Part shown: positions 52,784 to 63,606 of the stretch, piece by piece
How the letters are laid out: each line of letters opens with the position of its first letter
Numbering within the stretch: position 1 is the first letter of the stretch
From: an uncultured delta proteobacterium
GTDB lineage: Bacteria > Desulfobacterota > Binatia > UBA9968
Assembly (NCBI GenBank): GCA_963771465.1
Contig: CAVYTU010000015.1
Location: 608,001 to 672,000, forward strand
Reading direction: 5' to 3'
DNA: 64,000 nt
The notes under the pieces: model-generated
The model's database searches: none
Told to the model about the DNA's origin: nothing
The model's input: the letters and a program-made list of their open reading frames with translations, nothing else
Translations under genes and position numbers: made by a program

Positions 52784-53599
52784 TCAATCGCTCGAATAGC
52801 GCGGGTGGGCGAGCACGTAGATCTCGGTCGCCTTCGGCAGCATGGAACGATTCAAGGTAAGTTGCGACTGAGAAATCAGTTTGATGGGAAAATGCTCCCG
52901 GGCAAAGGCGGCGAACAGGTCCGCCTGGCGCGACTGATCGTAATGCATCGGTATGACGATCGGCGGTTTGACCTGGTTGACGACTTTGATGATGTCTTCG
53001 AAACCCAAGTTCGTCATCGCGTCGATCGGGATCATCATGATATCGACCCGCTGCAAGACTTTAGTCTGCTCCTCGGTCAGCAAGTGGCCAATGTTACCCA
53101 GATGAGCGATGCAGAGACTACCCATTTCATACACGAATATCGAGTTGGCAATGGCGCCCCAACTGGCGCTCCGCTGGCTCGGGATATTGACGATGGTGAC
53201 GTCTTTGACCGTGGTTCGGATCGGTTGCCAGGTTTGTTTGAACGTAATGCCGCGGAGAATAACCGGGTTGCCGGTGACGGCGCCGGTATTGTTGTGTGTG
53301 AAGTGATCGTTACTCACGGTGACCGCGTCTGCTTGAATGCCGGGGGTGACGTTGAAGTTGGGATCGGCGACCACTTTGGTCTGGCTGCCGGAATGAATCA
53401 GAAAACTCGAATGGCCGTACCATTGAATGAAATACGAACCAAACGCCGGACTCTTGCCATTGCCGCCGCGCGCTTGAACAAGCTGGCGTCCCTTGTTGAA
53501 AAGCTGGACCAATGATGGATTGCAAAACGCGTCGGCGATGCCACGTAATGGCAAGAGTAAAACGCTGCCGGCCATGGCCATGAAATTTCGCCGTTTCAT
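52784..53599 (-). CDS. MBL-fold metallo-hydrolase with Tat signal
   Basis: KRRNFM Tat motif, WYGHSSF, SNDHFTHN (degenerate HxHxDH), HLGN, IPMHY. Confidence 0.82.
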   Translation of the reverse strand: MKRRNFMAMAGSVLLLPLRGIADAFCNPSLVQLFNKGRQLVQARGGNGKSPAFGSYFIQWYGHSSFLIHSGSQTKVVADPNFNVTPGIQADAVTVSNDHFTHNNTGAVTGNPVILRGITFKQTWQPIRTTVKDVTIVNIPSQRSASWGAIANSIFVYEMGSLCIAHLGNIGHLLTEEQTKVLQRVDIMMIPIDAMTNLGFEDIIKVVNQVKPPIVIPMHYDQSRQADLFAAFAREHFPIKLISQSQLTLNRSMLPKATEIYVLAHPRYSSD

Positions 53600-53717
53600 G
53601 TTTCCTCCTCGATCAGCGCGGTAAAGCTCGACATCCCCGTAAACGGTCGATCGATCCCGTTACACGCCGAATCGGCGTTGAGATTAGCGTCGCCGCCGGG
53701 CGATTACAAGAATGAAA

Positions 53718-54110
53718 TCAAGCCGAGCAGTGCTTGCAGACACCGTAGAAAGCGAGCTGGTGCGACGTCACTCGGAAGCCTTCGTGGGGGAGTTTAGCCG
53801 GCGTGATCTCTCGTTGGTGATCGATCATCACATCAAAGACCCGATCGCAGCTCTCGCAGATGAAATGCTGGTGGCATCCAACCAACGGATCGAAATGCTG
53901 CGCCCGGCCGAGCATCAACACTTGTAGTTTATCATCGGCCACCAGTTTCTGCAGATTGCGGTAAACGGTGCCGAGACTGATGCGGGACGACTTTTTCCGC
54001 ACCCGATCGTAGATCTGATCGGCGGTGGGATGAGACGAGTCGTCTTTGATAGCGTGCCAGATCAGCTTGAGCTGCTTGGTGTTTCGGGATTGACCGCGCA
54101 GCTTGGACAT
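53718..54110 (-). CDS. Fur-family transcriptional repressor (PerR-like)
   Basis: HPTADQIY, ISLGTVYRNL, HQHFICESC, CKHC. Confidence 0.92.
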   Translation of the reverse strand: MSKLRGQSRNTKQLKLIWHAIKDDSSHPTADQIYDRVRKKSSRISLGTVYRNLQKLVADDKLQVLMLGRAQHFDPLVGCHQHFICESCDRVFDVMIDHQREITPAKLPHEGFRVTSHQLAFYGVCKHCSA

Positions 54111-54112
54111 AA

Positions 54113-54688
54113 CTAATCCGTTAAATCTGCCGCCAGCGACTGTTGCTGGTCCGCGCTTAACACCGCGCTGGCGCGATAATTGGCGTGCTCGATCGCCATC
54201 TCGGCGCGCGCGCCGGCGATAAATTCTTTTTTCGCCTCGGCGCTGAATGGGAAGCGCACGTACTGCACCGCGCTGATCTTATCGTCTTTGCTGCGCCCTT
54301 CTTCGAATTGGCCGCGAACGGAATGGCCGCCGACTTTCAGGACAACCACCTCGTCGATGCCGAGAAACTTAAGCAGATCGTCGCGCAAGTGGGTCTGATC
54401 CTCGATCTCCAAAAACATCGTCGCGCTAAGCTCGCCCGGGTTGGGAATGAGCTCGTTATAAACCGCGATCTCCTCGCGTATCTTGTCCAGATCGGTTATC
54501 CGCTCGGCGCGCAGCATCTCTTGAATTTGGAAGATCACCGTATCGCGGTTCTCGAACACCAGTGACACCTTATCGCCCACCGCCACGCGCCGGGATTTTT
54601 TCTTGTCAATAATTTGTTGACGATACTCCTGGCGCACTTTTTCGTAGGCCGAGAAGCCGAGAATATCGTCGAGGGCAATTTTTTTCAT
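54113..54688 (-). CDS. DUF3501 family protein (rubrerythrin-associated)
   Basis: RRVAVG..LVFENRDTV.FQIQEMLRAE, YNELIP, SAVQY. Directly downstream of rubrerythrin. Confidence 0.85.
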   Translation of the reverse strand: MKKIALDDILGFSAYEKVRQEYRQQIIDKKKSRRVAVGDKVSLVFENRDTVIFQIQEMLRAERITDLDKIREEIAVYNELIPNPGELSATMFLEIEDQTHLRDDLLKFLGIDEVVVLKVGGHSVRGQFEEGRSKDDKISAVQYVRFPFSAEAKKEFIAGARAEMAIEHANYRASAVLSADQQQSLAADLTD

Positions 54689-54704
54689 GGATCGTCGCGA
54701 AACG

Positions 54705-54738
54705 GGCAGTGGCGGATGGCTCACGCCATCCACCACTG
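54705..54738. terminator. Stem-loop between rubrerythrin and DUF3501
   Basis: GCAGTGGCGGATGGC-TCAC-GCCATCCACCACTGC. Confidence 0.5.
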
Positions 54739-54758
54739 CTGAGTTAGTCAGCCATTCA

Positions 54759-55184
54759 TTAACTGCCGAGGGTATCGAGCCCCTTGGCGAATCTACCAGC
54801 ATGGGACTTCTCCGCCTTGGCGAGAGTCTCAAACCATTCGGCCAATTCGGGCAAACCTTCATCGCGCGCCGTTTTAGCAAAACCAGGATACATTTCCGTG
54901 TACTCGTAGGTCTCGCCTTCGACGGCGGACTTTAAATTCTTCGCCGTCGTGCCGATCGCCACACCGGTGCAAGGATCACCGACTTCCTTGAGAAAATCGA
55001 GATGACCGAACGCATGGCCGGTCTCGGCTTCCGAGGTATCGCGGAACAAGCCGCCGACATCCGGATAACCTTCAATATCCGCCACCCGTGCGAAATAGAG
55101 GTAACGTCGATTGGCCTGAGACTCACCCGCAAAGGCGCCCTTCAGGTTTTCATGACTCTTTGTGTTCGCTAAACTTTTTGCCAT
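54759..55184 (-). CDS. Rubrerythrin (short, ferritin-like domain only)
   Basis: [34 protein letters not shown]. Confidence 0.95.
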   Translation of the reverse strand: MAKSLANTKSHENLKGAFAGESQANRRYLYFARVADIEGYPDVGGLFRDTSEAETGHAFGHLDFLKEVGDPCTGVAIGTTAKNLKSAVEGETYEYTEMYPGFAKTARDEGLPELAEWFETLAKAEKSHAGRFAKGLDTLGS

Positions 55185-55200
55185 AAAGCTTCCTCCTTCA

Positions 55201-55219
55201 ATTAGTAATGATTACTAAT
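55201..55219. promoter_or_regulatory. Fur/PerR-type operator
   Basis: Perfect 9-1-9 palindrome ATTAGTAAT-G-ATTACTAAT just upstream of the rubrerythrin RBS. Confidence 0.75.
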
Positions 55220-55519
55220 ATGAAATGGTAAGGACCGAGTCAAGAAACCTGTCATTTTTTTTGCCGCAAGCGACCAGTACTTGGCTAGCGCCGAAGGTGC
55301 CGACCCTCTTCCCTCTCCGTAAACAAAACTGGATTCCGCGTGCGCGGGAATGACGAAACTTCCATGCAGCAGCGAGAAAATGATGGATTTCAACCTATGA
55401 GACGTTGACTTCGAAAAACTCCCTGAAACTTTTCTCACCTGAAAAACGTCCATGTCTATGGACCCGTTGGACGGGCCGGAGTATTTTATACTGTAATAGA
55501 TTATTGAAGCCTCGAACTG

Positions 55520-56254
55520 GTGCGGTATTTTTACCTCGCCAAATCGCAATATAAAAAAGCCGGCGAAAGTGATTCCTGGCGAAATCTAACTGATAAATAT
55601 ATCGACGTGACTGGTTTGATGCTGCTTACTCAATTGCTCGGAATGAGCACGGCGCTTCTGCGAGCGACCCTACGCGTCGAGCTTTTGAACAGTCGGCATT
55701 ATGCGGAGCTGCAAGCGCGGCGCGTGCCGATTCTTTATGTTCTTTGGCATGGACGCATGTTTCTGCCCGTCATCGATGTCCTTCGGCATCAAGGCATCGT
55801 CACCATGGCTTCCCAGTCGCGGGACGGTAACATCATTGCTCGCTGGCTTGAGAACAACGGCTATCTGGTTACCCGGGGTTCGACGAGCCGCGGCGGCAGC
55901 GAAGCGTTGCGCCACATGGTCCGCCAAGTACGTTTGGGACATAGCGGCGCTCTGACCGTGGACGGCCCGCGAGGGCCGGCCCGAGTCGTTCAATCCGGCG
56001 TCGTACGGCTGGCGCGGCTAACCAAAGCGTGGATTCTACCGATCAGCTTTTCGAGCACATGGCCGTTGTTCCTGCGGTCCTGGGATCGCTATCTCCTGCC
56101 AAAACCTTTTTCCCGAAACGTGATTATCTATGGCGAGCCGTTCGCGGTTCCTAAAGATATGTCCGACGAAACCGCCCTCGCGAAAATCCGCGCGGCGCTC
56201 GACGAAGTCACCGCGGAGGCCGACAGAAACACCGGCACCCGCCCACCGTCATGA
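55520..56254 (+). CDS. DUF374 / lysophospholipid acyltransferase family protein (start probably later, ~55607)
   Basis: LWHGR, ASQSRDG, RGSTSRGG, TVDGPRGP, SWDRY.LPKPF. Confidence 0.85.
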   Translation: MRYFYLAKSQYKKAGESDSWRNLTDKYIDVTGLMLLTQLLGMSTALLRATLRVELLNSRHYAELQARRVPILYVLWHGRMFLPVIDVLRHQGIVTMASQSRDGNIIARWLENNGYLVTRGSTSRGGSEALRHMVRQVRLGHSGALTVDGPRGPARVVQSGVVRLARLTKAWILPISFSSTWPLFLRSWDRYLLPKPFSRNVIIYGEPFAVPKDMSDETALAKIRAALDEVTAEADRNTGTRPPS

Positions 56255-56634
56255 CAGCGATCCCGCAATGGAACCGACCTCGACCCGTTTATATTCCGAG
56301 AACTAATCCAATTTGCGCACGATACCGTCGTCGGTGAGTCCGGGGCTTTCATTTCCCGACTCTTGCTCAACCGTTTTCAAACGATCGCGTCATTTCAACG
56401 GGAAAAAGCCCGCGTCGAGCGTTGACCAAGCGACTGAAAGAAACCCGCACGCGGAACTAAGCCACGCAGCTCAGGCGCCGAGCGAGAGAACACACCGCGA
56501 AAAGGGAGTTTGTTGCAGCAAGCAAACATTCTAGCAGTACGCTACGCGCTACACGCCGCGCACCAAAAGCGGAGGTTCGTCGTTGACATAACGTTCCGTT
56601 GGCCGATACTATCCGCCATAATGGGAGGCAAGTG

Positions 56635-57834
56635 ATGAGCTATAATGGACATGTGGTGATCGACATGGATTCCCACATCCGGCAGTACTGGGATCTCGAC
56701 CGTACGTACAAAGAATACATGGCTCCGGAATACCGGGAGACGTACCTGCGATTTAGCGCAGCGGCGCACGCGCTCATGCAGCGGGCTGGCGATCGTGGCT
56801 TCTCCGAATTTCTTTGGCCGGCCCTGCCGACCCGTCCCTTAGGCGTCTATGAGGCGTACGAAGTTCAGGGGAACGGTTCGCGCTCTGAGCAAGCCGTTGC
56901 CGGCGATCGAGCCTCGACGCATGCTGGTGTCAAAATCGACCCAGCTTGCAATTGGGACCCAGCGATTCGCTTGCGCGACATGGAAACCGCCGGTGTCGAT
57001 ATCAGTGTCATCTTCCCCAGTTCGGCTGACAGCTTTTGTGCGCTGCGCGATGTCGGTTTCGAGAGCGCGTTACACCAGGCCTTTCACCGTTTCATGAGCA
57101 ACTATTGCGCTGATGCGGGTGGCCGTCTTTGGTGGATTGGCGCTGCCACCATGCGAGACATTCCGAAGACCATCGCGCAATTGGAGTACTGGACCAAGCA
57201 CGACTCCTACTTTGCAGGGCTGCAAATACCACGCACCTGCCCGGATGGCAGGATGCTCGATAATCCCGACCTCCATCCGCTCTACGCAGCCTGTCAAGAA
57301 CTCAACATGCCATTGTGGGTTCACGGCGGCGCCAACCGGCCGCCTTTTACTCCGTGGGTAGAAGCGCCCAACGGCCTCTACCACAGCATCGGTGGACAAT
57401 ATGCGCTCGCAGCACTGGTCGGCGGCGGCGTCTTCGATTTTTTCCCGAAGCTCCGGATCGGGCTATTCGAGAGTTTCGGCGGCTGGATGCCCTACTTGAT
57501 CGAAAAACTGGATGACGGCTACAAGCCACACTCGTCGCATACTCCCAAGCTGAAGCGTACGGCCTCCGAAATAATAAAAGATGGAAACCTGTTCTGCTCG
57601 GTCGAGGCTGGTGAAAAGCACATAGCGTACGCTGTCGAAACCCTGGGCGAGCACCCCTGGCTCTTTTCGACTGACTACCCGCACCACGGCAGCGCATGGC
57701 CGGATGCTGTGCCGCTCATCTGGGAAAAGGCGATGTCGGAGAGTGCCAAAATCAAGTTGCTCGGGAACAACGCCGTCAGGTTCTTGCCGCGCTTGGCCTC
57801 ATCGGTTGAGACTTGCGCGCGCTCAAAGTCGTGA
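56635..57834 (+). CDS. Amidohydrolase family 2 protein
   Basis: IDMDSH, RLRDME..GVD, LWVHG, FPKLR..ESFGGW, FSTDYPH. GGGAGG RBS and TTGACA-N18-TACTAT upstream. Confidence 0.9.
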   Translation: MSYNGHVVIDMDSHIRQYWDLDRTYKEYMAPEYRETYLRFSAAAHALMQRAGDRGFSEFLWPALPTRPLGVYEAYEVQGNGSRSEQAVAGDRASTHAGVKIDPACNWDPAIRLRDMETAGVDISVIFPSSADSFCALRDVGFESALHQAFHRFMSNYCADAGGRLWWIGAATMRDIPKTIAQLEYWTKHDSYFAGLQIPRTCPDGRMLDNPDLHPLYAACQELNMPLWVHGGANRPPFTPWVEAPNGLYHSIGGQYALAALVGGGVFDFFPKLRIGLFESFGGWMPYLIEKLDDGYKPHSSHTPKLKRTASEIIKDGNLFCSVEAGEKHIAYAVETLGEHPWLFSTDYPHHGSAWPDAVPLIWEKAMSESAKIKLLGNNAVRFLPRLASSVETCARSKS

Positions 57835-57877
57835 GGCGGCCTTCTAGATAACCGCGACAAAAGATCAGGAGAATTTT

Positions 57878-58942
57878 ATGAATACTCATACAACTACCAT
57901 CGGGATATCGGCTTTAGCCGCACTGCTTTTGCTGGCGGCGCTTATACCCGACTATGGTTTCCCCCAAGCGCCGTTTTACCAGGGGAAAACCATAACGATC
58001 ATTGCCGGTACCGCGCCCGGAGGCATCGGCGACGCCCGCGCTAAGTCTCTGAATCCTTTTCTGCGCAAATACATCCCAGGAAATCCAGCCATTGTGGTCG
58101 AGTACATGGACGGCGGCGGCGGCCGGCAGGTGGGCAATCACATGGCCCGCAACGCCCGGCCGGACGGGCTCACGATCGGCGCATTCAGCAGCGGCGTAGT
58201 TTCATTGAATATCCTGCGCGAGAGCGGAGTGATGTACGATATCGATAAATTTTTCTATCTCGGCTCGCCGGAAAGCACCAGCCACCTGGTCTTCTACTCC
58301 AGAAAGGAAGCCGGCTTTAACAATTTGGAAAAACTCCGAGCCGCGTCCGGGGTCAGAATTGGCGCCCGGCCGGTCGGACACAGCGCCTATATAGCGGCGC
58401 GTTTCTTTGCCTACTATTTAGGTTTGAAAGACACCAAGTGGATCCCTGGCTACGCGGCTCCTGAACTGGACGTAGCCATGCTGCGCGGCGAAGTCGACGC
58501 CAGAGCGAACACATCCGCATCGGTGTTACAGCGCAATCCGGATTGGTTGGAAAAAGGTTTGATGGATTTCCATGTTGCCTTGGAGGTTCCCAAGGGGCTC
58601 AAATCGCCCCGCTTCGCCCACGTCCCGGAAATCGAAAGTTTCGCCAAATCCGAGAAAGAGATAAGACTCCTCGCCATGTCGCGCACTTTCAGGATGACCG
58701 GCTCGCCCTACGTTATGCCTCCGGGAACGCCGAAAGATCGGGTCGACATCATTCAGGAGGCGATGCGCAAGGCGCTTAAAGATCCAGACTTCCACCGCGA
58801 ATACCGCAAGATCGTCGGCGAGGACGCCGATCCCTTGATGCCAGAGGAATTGGCCAAAACTATTCGCGACACCCCGCGCGACCCTGAATTGATCGAGATG
58901 TTCAAAACTCTCTCAGGTCCCGCGCCGCTACCGACGCGCTAG
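57878..58942 (+). CDS. Tripartite tricarboxylate transporter substrate-binding protein (TctC/Bug-like)
   Basis: FYQGKTI..G.APGG..D, IPGNP..V..M.GGGG, PDGLT, RGEVD, PPGTP. Confidence 0.85.
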   Translation: MNTHTTTIGISALAALLLLAALIPDYGFPQAPFYQGKTITIIAGTAPGGIGDARAKSLNPFLRKYIPGNPAIVVEYMDGGGGRQVGNHMARNARPDGLTIGAFSSGVVSLNILRESGVMYDIDKFFYLGSPESTSHLVFYSRKEAGFNNLEKLRAASGVRIGARPVGHSAYIAARFFAYYLGLKDTKWIPGYAAPELDVAMLRGEVDARANTSASVLQRNPDWLEKGLMDFHVALEVPKGLKSPRFAHVPEIESFAKSEKEIRLLAMSRTFRMTGSPYVMPPGTPKDRVDIIQEAMRKALKDPDFHREYRKIVGEDADPLMPEELAKTIRDTPRDPELIEMFKTLSGPAPLPTR

Positions 58943-59084
58943 ACGCGCGCGTGAGGAGGCCGCGCCAGCGCACATGCGTAATGGCGGCAAGAAAAAGTAT
59001 TGGCGAAGGGAACTCTACAGTAAAGATATCTCGCAAAGTGTCACGTTGCTTTTTTTGTCGCGCTACTTCTGATATTTTTGCCGC

Positions 59085-59429
59085 ATGGAAGCTGAAACAA
59101 CCCCGGCAAAAATCTCCATCGACGATTTTCGCAAGATCGAGCTCAAAGTCGCGACGATTAAATCGGCGGAAGCCCATCCCAACGCCGATAAATTGCTTGT
59201 CCTGCAAATCGATCTCGGCGGCGAACAGCGGCAAATTTGCGCCGGCATTAGAAACAGCTACACGCCGGAAGAACTGGTCGGCAAACAGATCATCGTGGTG
59301 GCCAATCTGGAAACCGCCAAGCTGCGCGGTTTGGAAAGCCAGGGCATGCTGCTGGCGGCTTCCGACGACGACCGCGTGATCATCATGACGCCGGAAAAAT
59401 CCGTGCAAGCCGGCGCGCAAGTCAAATAA
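59085..59429 (+). CDS. Stand-alone tRNA-binding OB protein (MetG C-terminal / CsaA / Trbp111-like)
   Basis: ISIDDFRKIELKVA, HPNADKL, RQICAGI, VANL...KLRG.ESQGM. Confidence 0.9.
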   Translation: MEAETTPAKISIDDFRKIELKVATIKSAEAHPNADKLLVLQIDLGGEQRQICAGIRNSYTPEELVGKQIIVVANLETAKLRGLESQGMLLAASDDDRVIIMTPEKSVQAGAQVK

Positions 59430-59462
59430 CCTTCTGTCGCGACACCCGATTGCTCGCGTTAC

Positions 59463-60597
59463 ATGACTAAGTTTCCCGAAGGCCGCCCGACACACTGCGG
59501 CATCGACCACGCCGCGCTGCGATGGAATCTCGGCCAGATCAAGAAAGCCGTCGGACCGCGGGTCAAAATCCTCTCGATGGTGAAAGCTAACGCTTACGGC
59601 CATGGCGCGGTCGAAGTCGCGCGCACGCTCGCCAAGTCCGGCAGCGATGCCTTTGGCGTGGCCACTGTTGAAGAAGGCATCGAGCTCAGGCGCGCCCGCA
59701 TCAGCCAACCGATTTTGGTTCTTGCGGGAGTTTATCTCGAACAACTCGATCAGTTTTTGCGCAATAAGTTAACGCCGGTCATCCACGAAGCGGCGACACT
59801 GCGAGGGTTGGACAAAGCGGTACGGGCGCATAAGCAGAAGCTCAAGGTCCAGCTTGAGGTCGACACCGGCATGGGGCGGATCGGCTTGCCAACCGCGGAG
59901 ATTGATTCCTGGCTGCCGACGCTTGGCCAACTCAAAGCGTTAACGATTGGATGGTATATTCTCCCATTTCTCCGACGCTGAAACCGCCAATGAAAAATAC
60001 ACGCTGGGGCAGTTGAGCGAATTCCATCAAGTGCTCGATCGTCTTAAGAGCGCGAAAATTTTTCCGGTCGCCAGCCACATGGCCAAGAGCGCCGCACTGA
60101 TCACCATGCCGGCATCCCATCTCGCGATGGTGCGTCCAGGGCTGATTCTCTACGGCATGTATCCAGCGCCCGCGATGAAAAAACAGATCGCGCTAAAACC
60201 CGTGCTGAGCTGGCGCACTCGCATCATCCAACTCAAACGCTCTCCCGCCGGAACGTCCATCGGCTACGGCCGCACCTTCGTGACTAAGAGAAATAGCCTC
60301 ATCGCAACACTCCCCGTCGGTTACGCCGACGGCTATCGGCGGCTGTTGTCGAATCGCGCCGAAGTCATCGTGCGCGGTAAACGCGCTCCAGTGGTGGGCA
60401 GAGTGAGCATGGATTTGACTACCGTCGATGTTACCGATATACGAAATGTTCAACAGGGAGATGAAGTTGTTCTCCTTGGCCGTCAAGGCGGCGCGGAAAT
60501 CAGCGCCGATGAGATGGCCGCCTGGGCAAACACAATTTCTTACGAGATCTTCACTGCCATCGGCGCTCGGGTTCCCCGCTTTCACAACAATCTTTAG
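59463..60597 (+). CDS. alr: Alanine racemase (frameshift near 59948)
   Basis: [39 protein letters not shown]. Confidence 0.93.
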
Positions 60598-60611
60598 GAG
60601 GACGACCACCA

Positions 60612-62187
60612 GTGGGCAGGATCGAAAGGGCCCTGATCAGCGTTTCTGACAAGAACGGCATCGTCGAGTTTTCCCGCGCGCTCGCGGCGCTTGGCGTCGA
60701 ACTCGTCTCCACCGGCGGCACGGCATCGTTGCTGCGCGATAATAAAATTGCCGGTCAAAGATGTTTCGGAGGTTACCGGATTTCCTGAAATGATGGATGG
60801 CCGGGTGAAAACCCTCCATCCGAAAATTCACGGCGGCATATTGGCGCTGAGAGACAATCCCGAGCATGTCGCCAAGATGAAAGAGCACGACATCAAGCCC
60901 ATCGACTTGGTGGTAGTGAATCTTTACCCGTTCGAAGCCACGGTGGCGCGCGGCGCGGCGTTCGAAGAGATCGTCGAGAACATCGACATCGGCGGACCGA
61001 GCATGGTGCGCGCCGCGGCGAAGAATCACCAGCAGGTCGGCGTGGTCGTCGATCCGGCGGATTACGATTCGATCCTTGCCGAATTGAAAGCCAATAACGG
61101 CTCGCTCCTGCCGGCGACGCACTTTCGGCTTTTTTTGAAGGCGTTTCAGCACACGTCGCACTACGACGGCGCAATCTCCAATTATTTTTCGTCCCTCGAT
61201 GACAGCAAGAAGCCACAGCGCTGGGGCCAGACGGTCAACATCCAAGTGAGCAAACTCCAAGACATGCGCTATGGCGAAAACCCGCACCAAAGCGCGGCAT
61301 TTTACGGCACCAAAGGCGACGCCGGCCCGTCGATCTCCCGCGCTAAACAGTTTCAAGGCAAAGAGTTGTCCTTCAATAACATTCTTGACGCCGATGCGGC
61401 GCTCAGCACCGTGCTCGAATTCGCTGACATCGCCACCGTTGCCATCAAGCATAACAATCCCTGCGGCGTCGCGCTGTCGGGAAAATCCCTGGCCGACTCG
61501 TTCCGCAAAGCCAAAGCCTGCGATCCGGTGTCGATCTTCGGCGGCGTCATCGCCTTCAACCGTCCGGTCGACGAAGAAACGGCCAAAGAGCTTAAAGATA
61601 TTTTTCTGGAGATCGTCATCGCGCCGAGCTTCACCCCGGAGGCGAAAGCCGTGCTGTCGTCGGCGAAACGCTTGCTCAACATCCGGCTTTTGGAATTGGA
61701 CATGAGCCAGCCACAAACCGGCGGCTACGATTTGCGCCGGGTGCGCGGCGGCATGCTGATGCAAGACTGGGATACCGGCACCGTCGACGTCCGCGCCTGC
61801 AAAGTCGTCACCGAAAGAAAACCGAGCGATGATGAATATCGCGCGCTCGACTTCGCCTGGCGCGTCTGCCGCCATGTGAAATCAAACACCATCGTGTTCG
61901 CCGCACCGGACCAAGTGCTCGGCGTCGGCGCCGGCCAGATGAGCCGCATCGATTCGACCAAGATCGCCGTCTTGCGCGCCGCTACCCACGGCCTCGATCT
62001 CAAAGGTTCGGCGGTCGCTTCCGACGCCTTCTATCCGTTCCGCGACGGTCTCGACGAAGCCGCCAACGCCGGCGCCAAATCGGTCATCCAGCCCGGCGGC
62101 TCGATCAAAGACGACGAAGTCATCGCCGCCGCCAATGAACATGGCATCGCGATGATCTTCACCGGCATGCGCCATTTCAGGCATTAG
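60612..62187 (+). CDS. purH: Bifunctional AICAR transformylase/IMP cyclohydrolase (frameshift near 60745)
   Basis: [48 protein letters not shown]. Confidence 0.96.
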
Positions 62188-62255
62188 CCGAGGATGAAAA
62201 ATAGTGGATCGAAGATTGCGATCGTCTATGGTTTATCCTCCATCTTCGACGATTT

Positions 62256-63532
62256 ATGAAAGTACTCGTCATCGGCAGCGGCGGACGCGAGCATGCGCTG
62301 GTCTGGAAAATCAGCCAGAGCCCGCGGGTGACCAAAATCTACTGCGCGCCGGGCAGCGCCGCCATCGGGGAGTTAGCCGAATGCGTCGCCATCAATCCAG
62401 AAGAGATCGTAAAGCTCGCCGAGTTTGCTGAGAAGGAACAAATCAATCTTACCGTCGTCGGTCCCGAGTTACCGCTGACCCTCGGCATCACGGATTTATT
62501 CGAATCCCGTCATCTGAGAATTTTCGGACCGAACAAAGCTGCCGCGCAGTTGGAGGGCAGCAAAGCTTTTGCCAAAGAGATTCTTGCCGCTAACAATATT
62601 CCGACGGCGTCGTTTCGTACGTTCACCGAATCAGAACCCGCCAAACAATTCATCCAGCATCAGAAAAACCCGTATGTCATAAAGGCAGACGGCCTCGCTG
62701 GGGGAAAAGGAGTGGTGATCGCACTAACGATTGAGGATGCTATAAACGTCATCGACGAAATCCTAGTTCGAAAGGTTTTTGGCAATGCCGGCGAGAAGGT
62801 CGTTGTCGAAGAATTTCTCGACGGTGAAGAAGCCTCGTTCATGGTGCTTACCGATGGCGACCATGTCCTGCCGCTAGCGACATCGCAGGATCACAAGCGT
62901 GTCTTCGATAACGACGAAGGCCCCAACACCGGCGGCATGGGCGCCTACTCGCCCGCGCCGGTGGTGACGCCCGAGGTCCATGAGCGAGTGCTCCGCGAAG
63001 TGCTTACACCGCTGCTTAATGGCTTGAAGCAGCAGAACATCCAATACCGCGGCGTGCTTTACGTCGGCTTGATGATTACCAAGGACGGACCGAAAGTCGT
63101 GGAGTTCAACGCCCGCTTCGGCGATCCCGAGTGCCAGCCGATCATGATGCGGCTAAAGAGCGATTTAATTCCACTCCTTGAAGCCACGATCGACGGGAAA
63201 TTGCACGAAGTACAAACCCGAGTGGCACGACGAACCGGCGGTCTGCGTCGTGCTTGACCGCCAACGGCTATCCCGGCGCTTACGACAAAGGAAAAGAAAT
63301 TCACGGATTGGAAAATTTGAAAAACTGGTCCGACGGCTTCGTCTTTCACGCCGGCACGGAAAAAGAGCAAGATCGTTGGCTGACCACCGGCGGCCGCGTG
63401 CTCGGCGTCACCGCGCGCGGAAAAAATATTGCGAGCGCGGTCGGGAATGTTTACGCCGCCGTCGCTAAAATCTCCTGGGACGGCATGCATTACCGCAAAG
63501 ATATTGCACAGCGCGCATTGAAACACGACTAA
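62256..63532 (+). CDS. purD: Phosphoribosylamine-glycine ligase (frameshifts near 63217-63255)
   Basis: GSGGREHA, LEGSK, KADGLAGGKGV, QDHKR, GPNTGGMG, RFGDPE, GGRVL, YRKDI. Confidence 0.96.
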
Positions 63533-63606
63533 TGTGTGACTTAAATTTGTAGATTTCTCGACGGATGTCGTAGACTTCAATCATGAACGGATCGGAGGAA
63601 GTAACC

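Noticed and set aside
55328-55355. CTGGATTCCGCGTGCGCGGGAATGACG hairpin as a novel ncRNA
   Set aside because: Single copy here, and it resembles widespread REP-type intergenic palindromes.
56400-56580. Possible structured RNA upstream of the amidohydrolase
   Set aside because: I could not match it to any riboswitch or ncRNA consensus by eye.
60637-61875. 412-aa minus-strand ORF
   Set aside because: Antisense shadow of purH.
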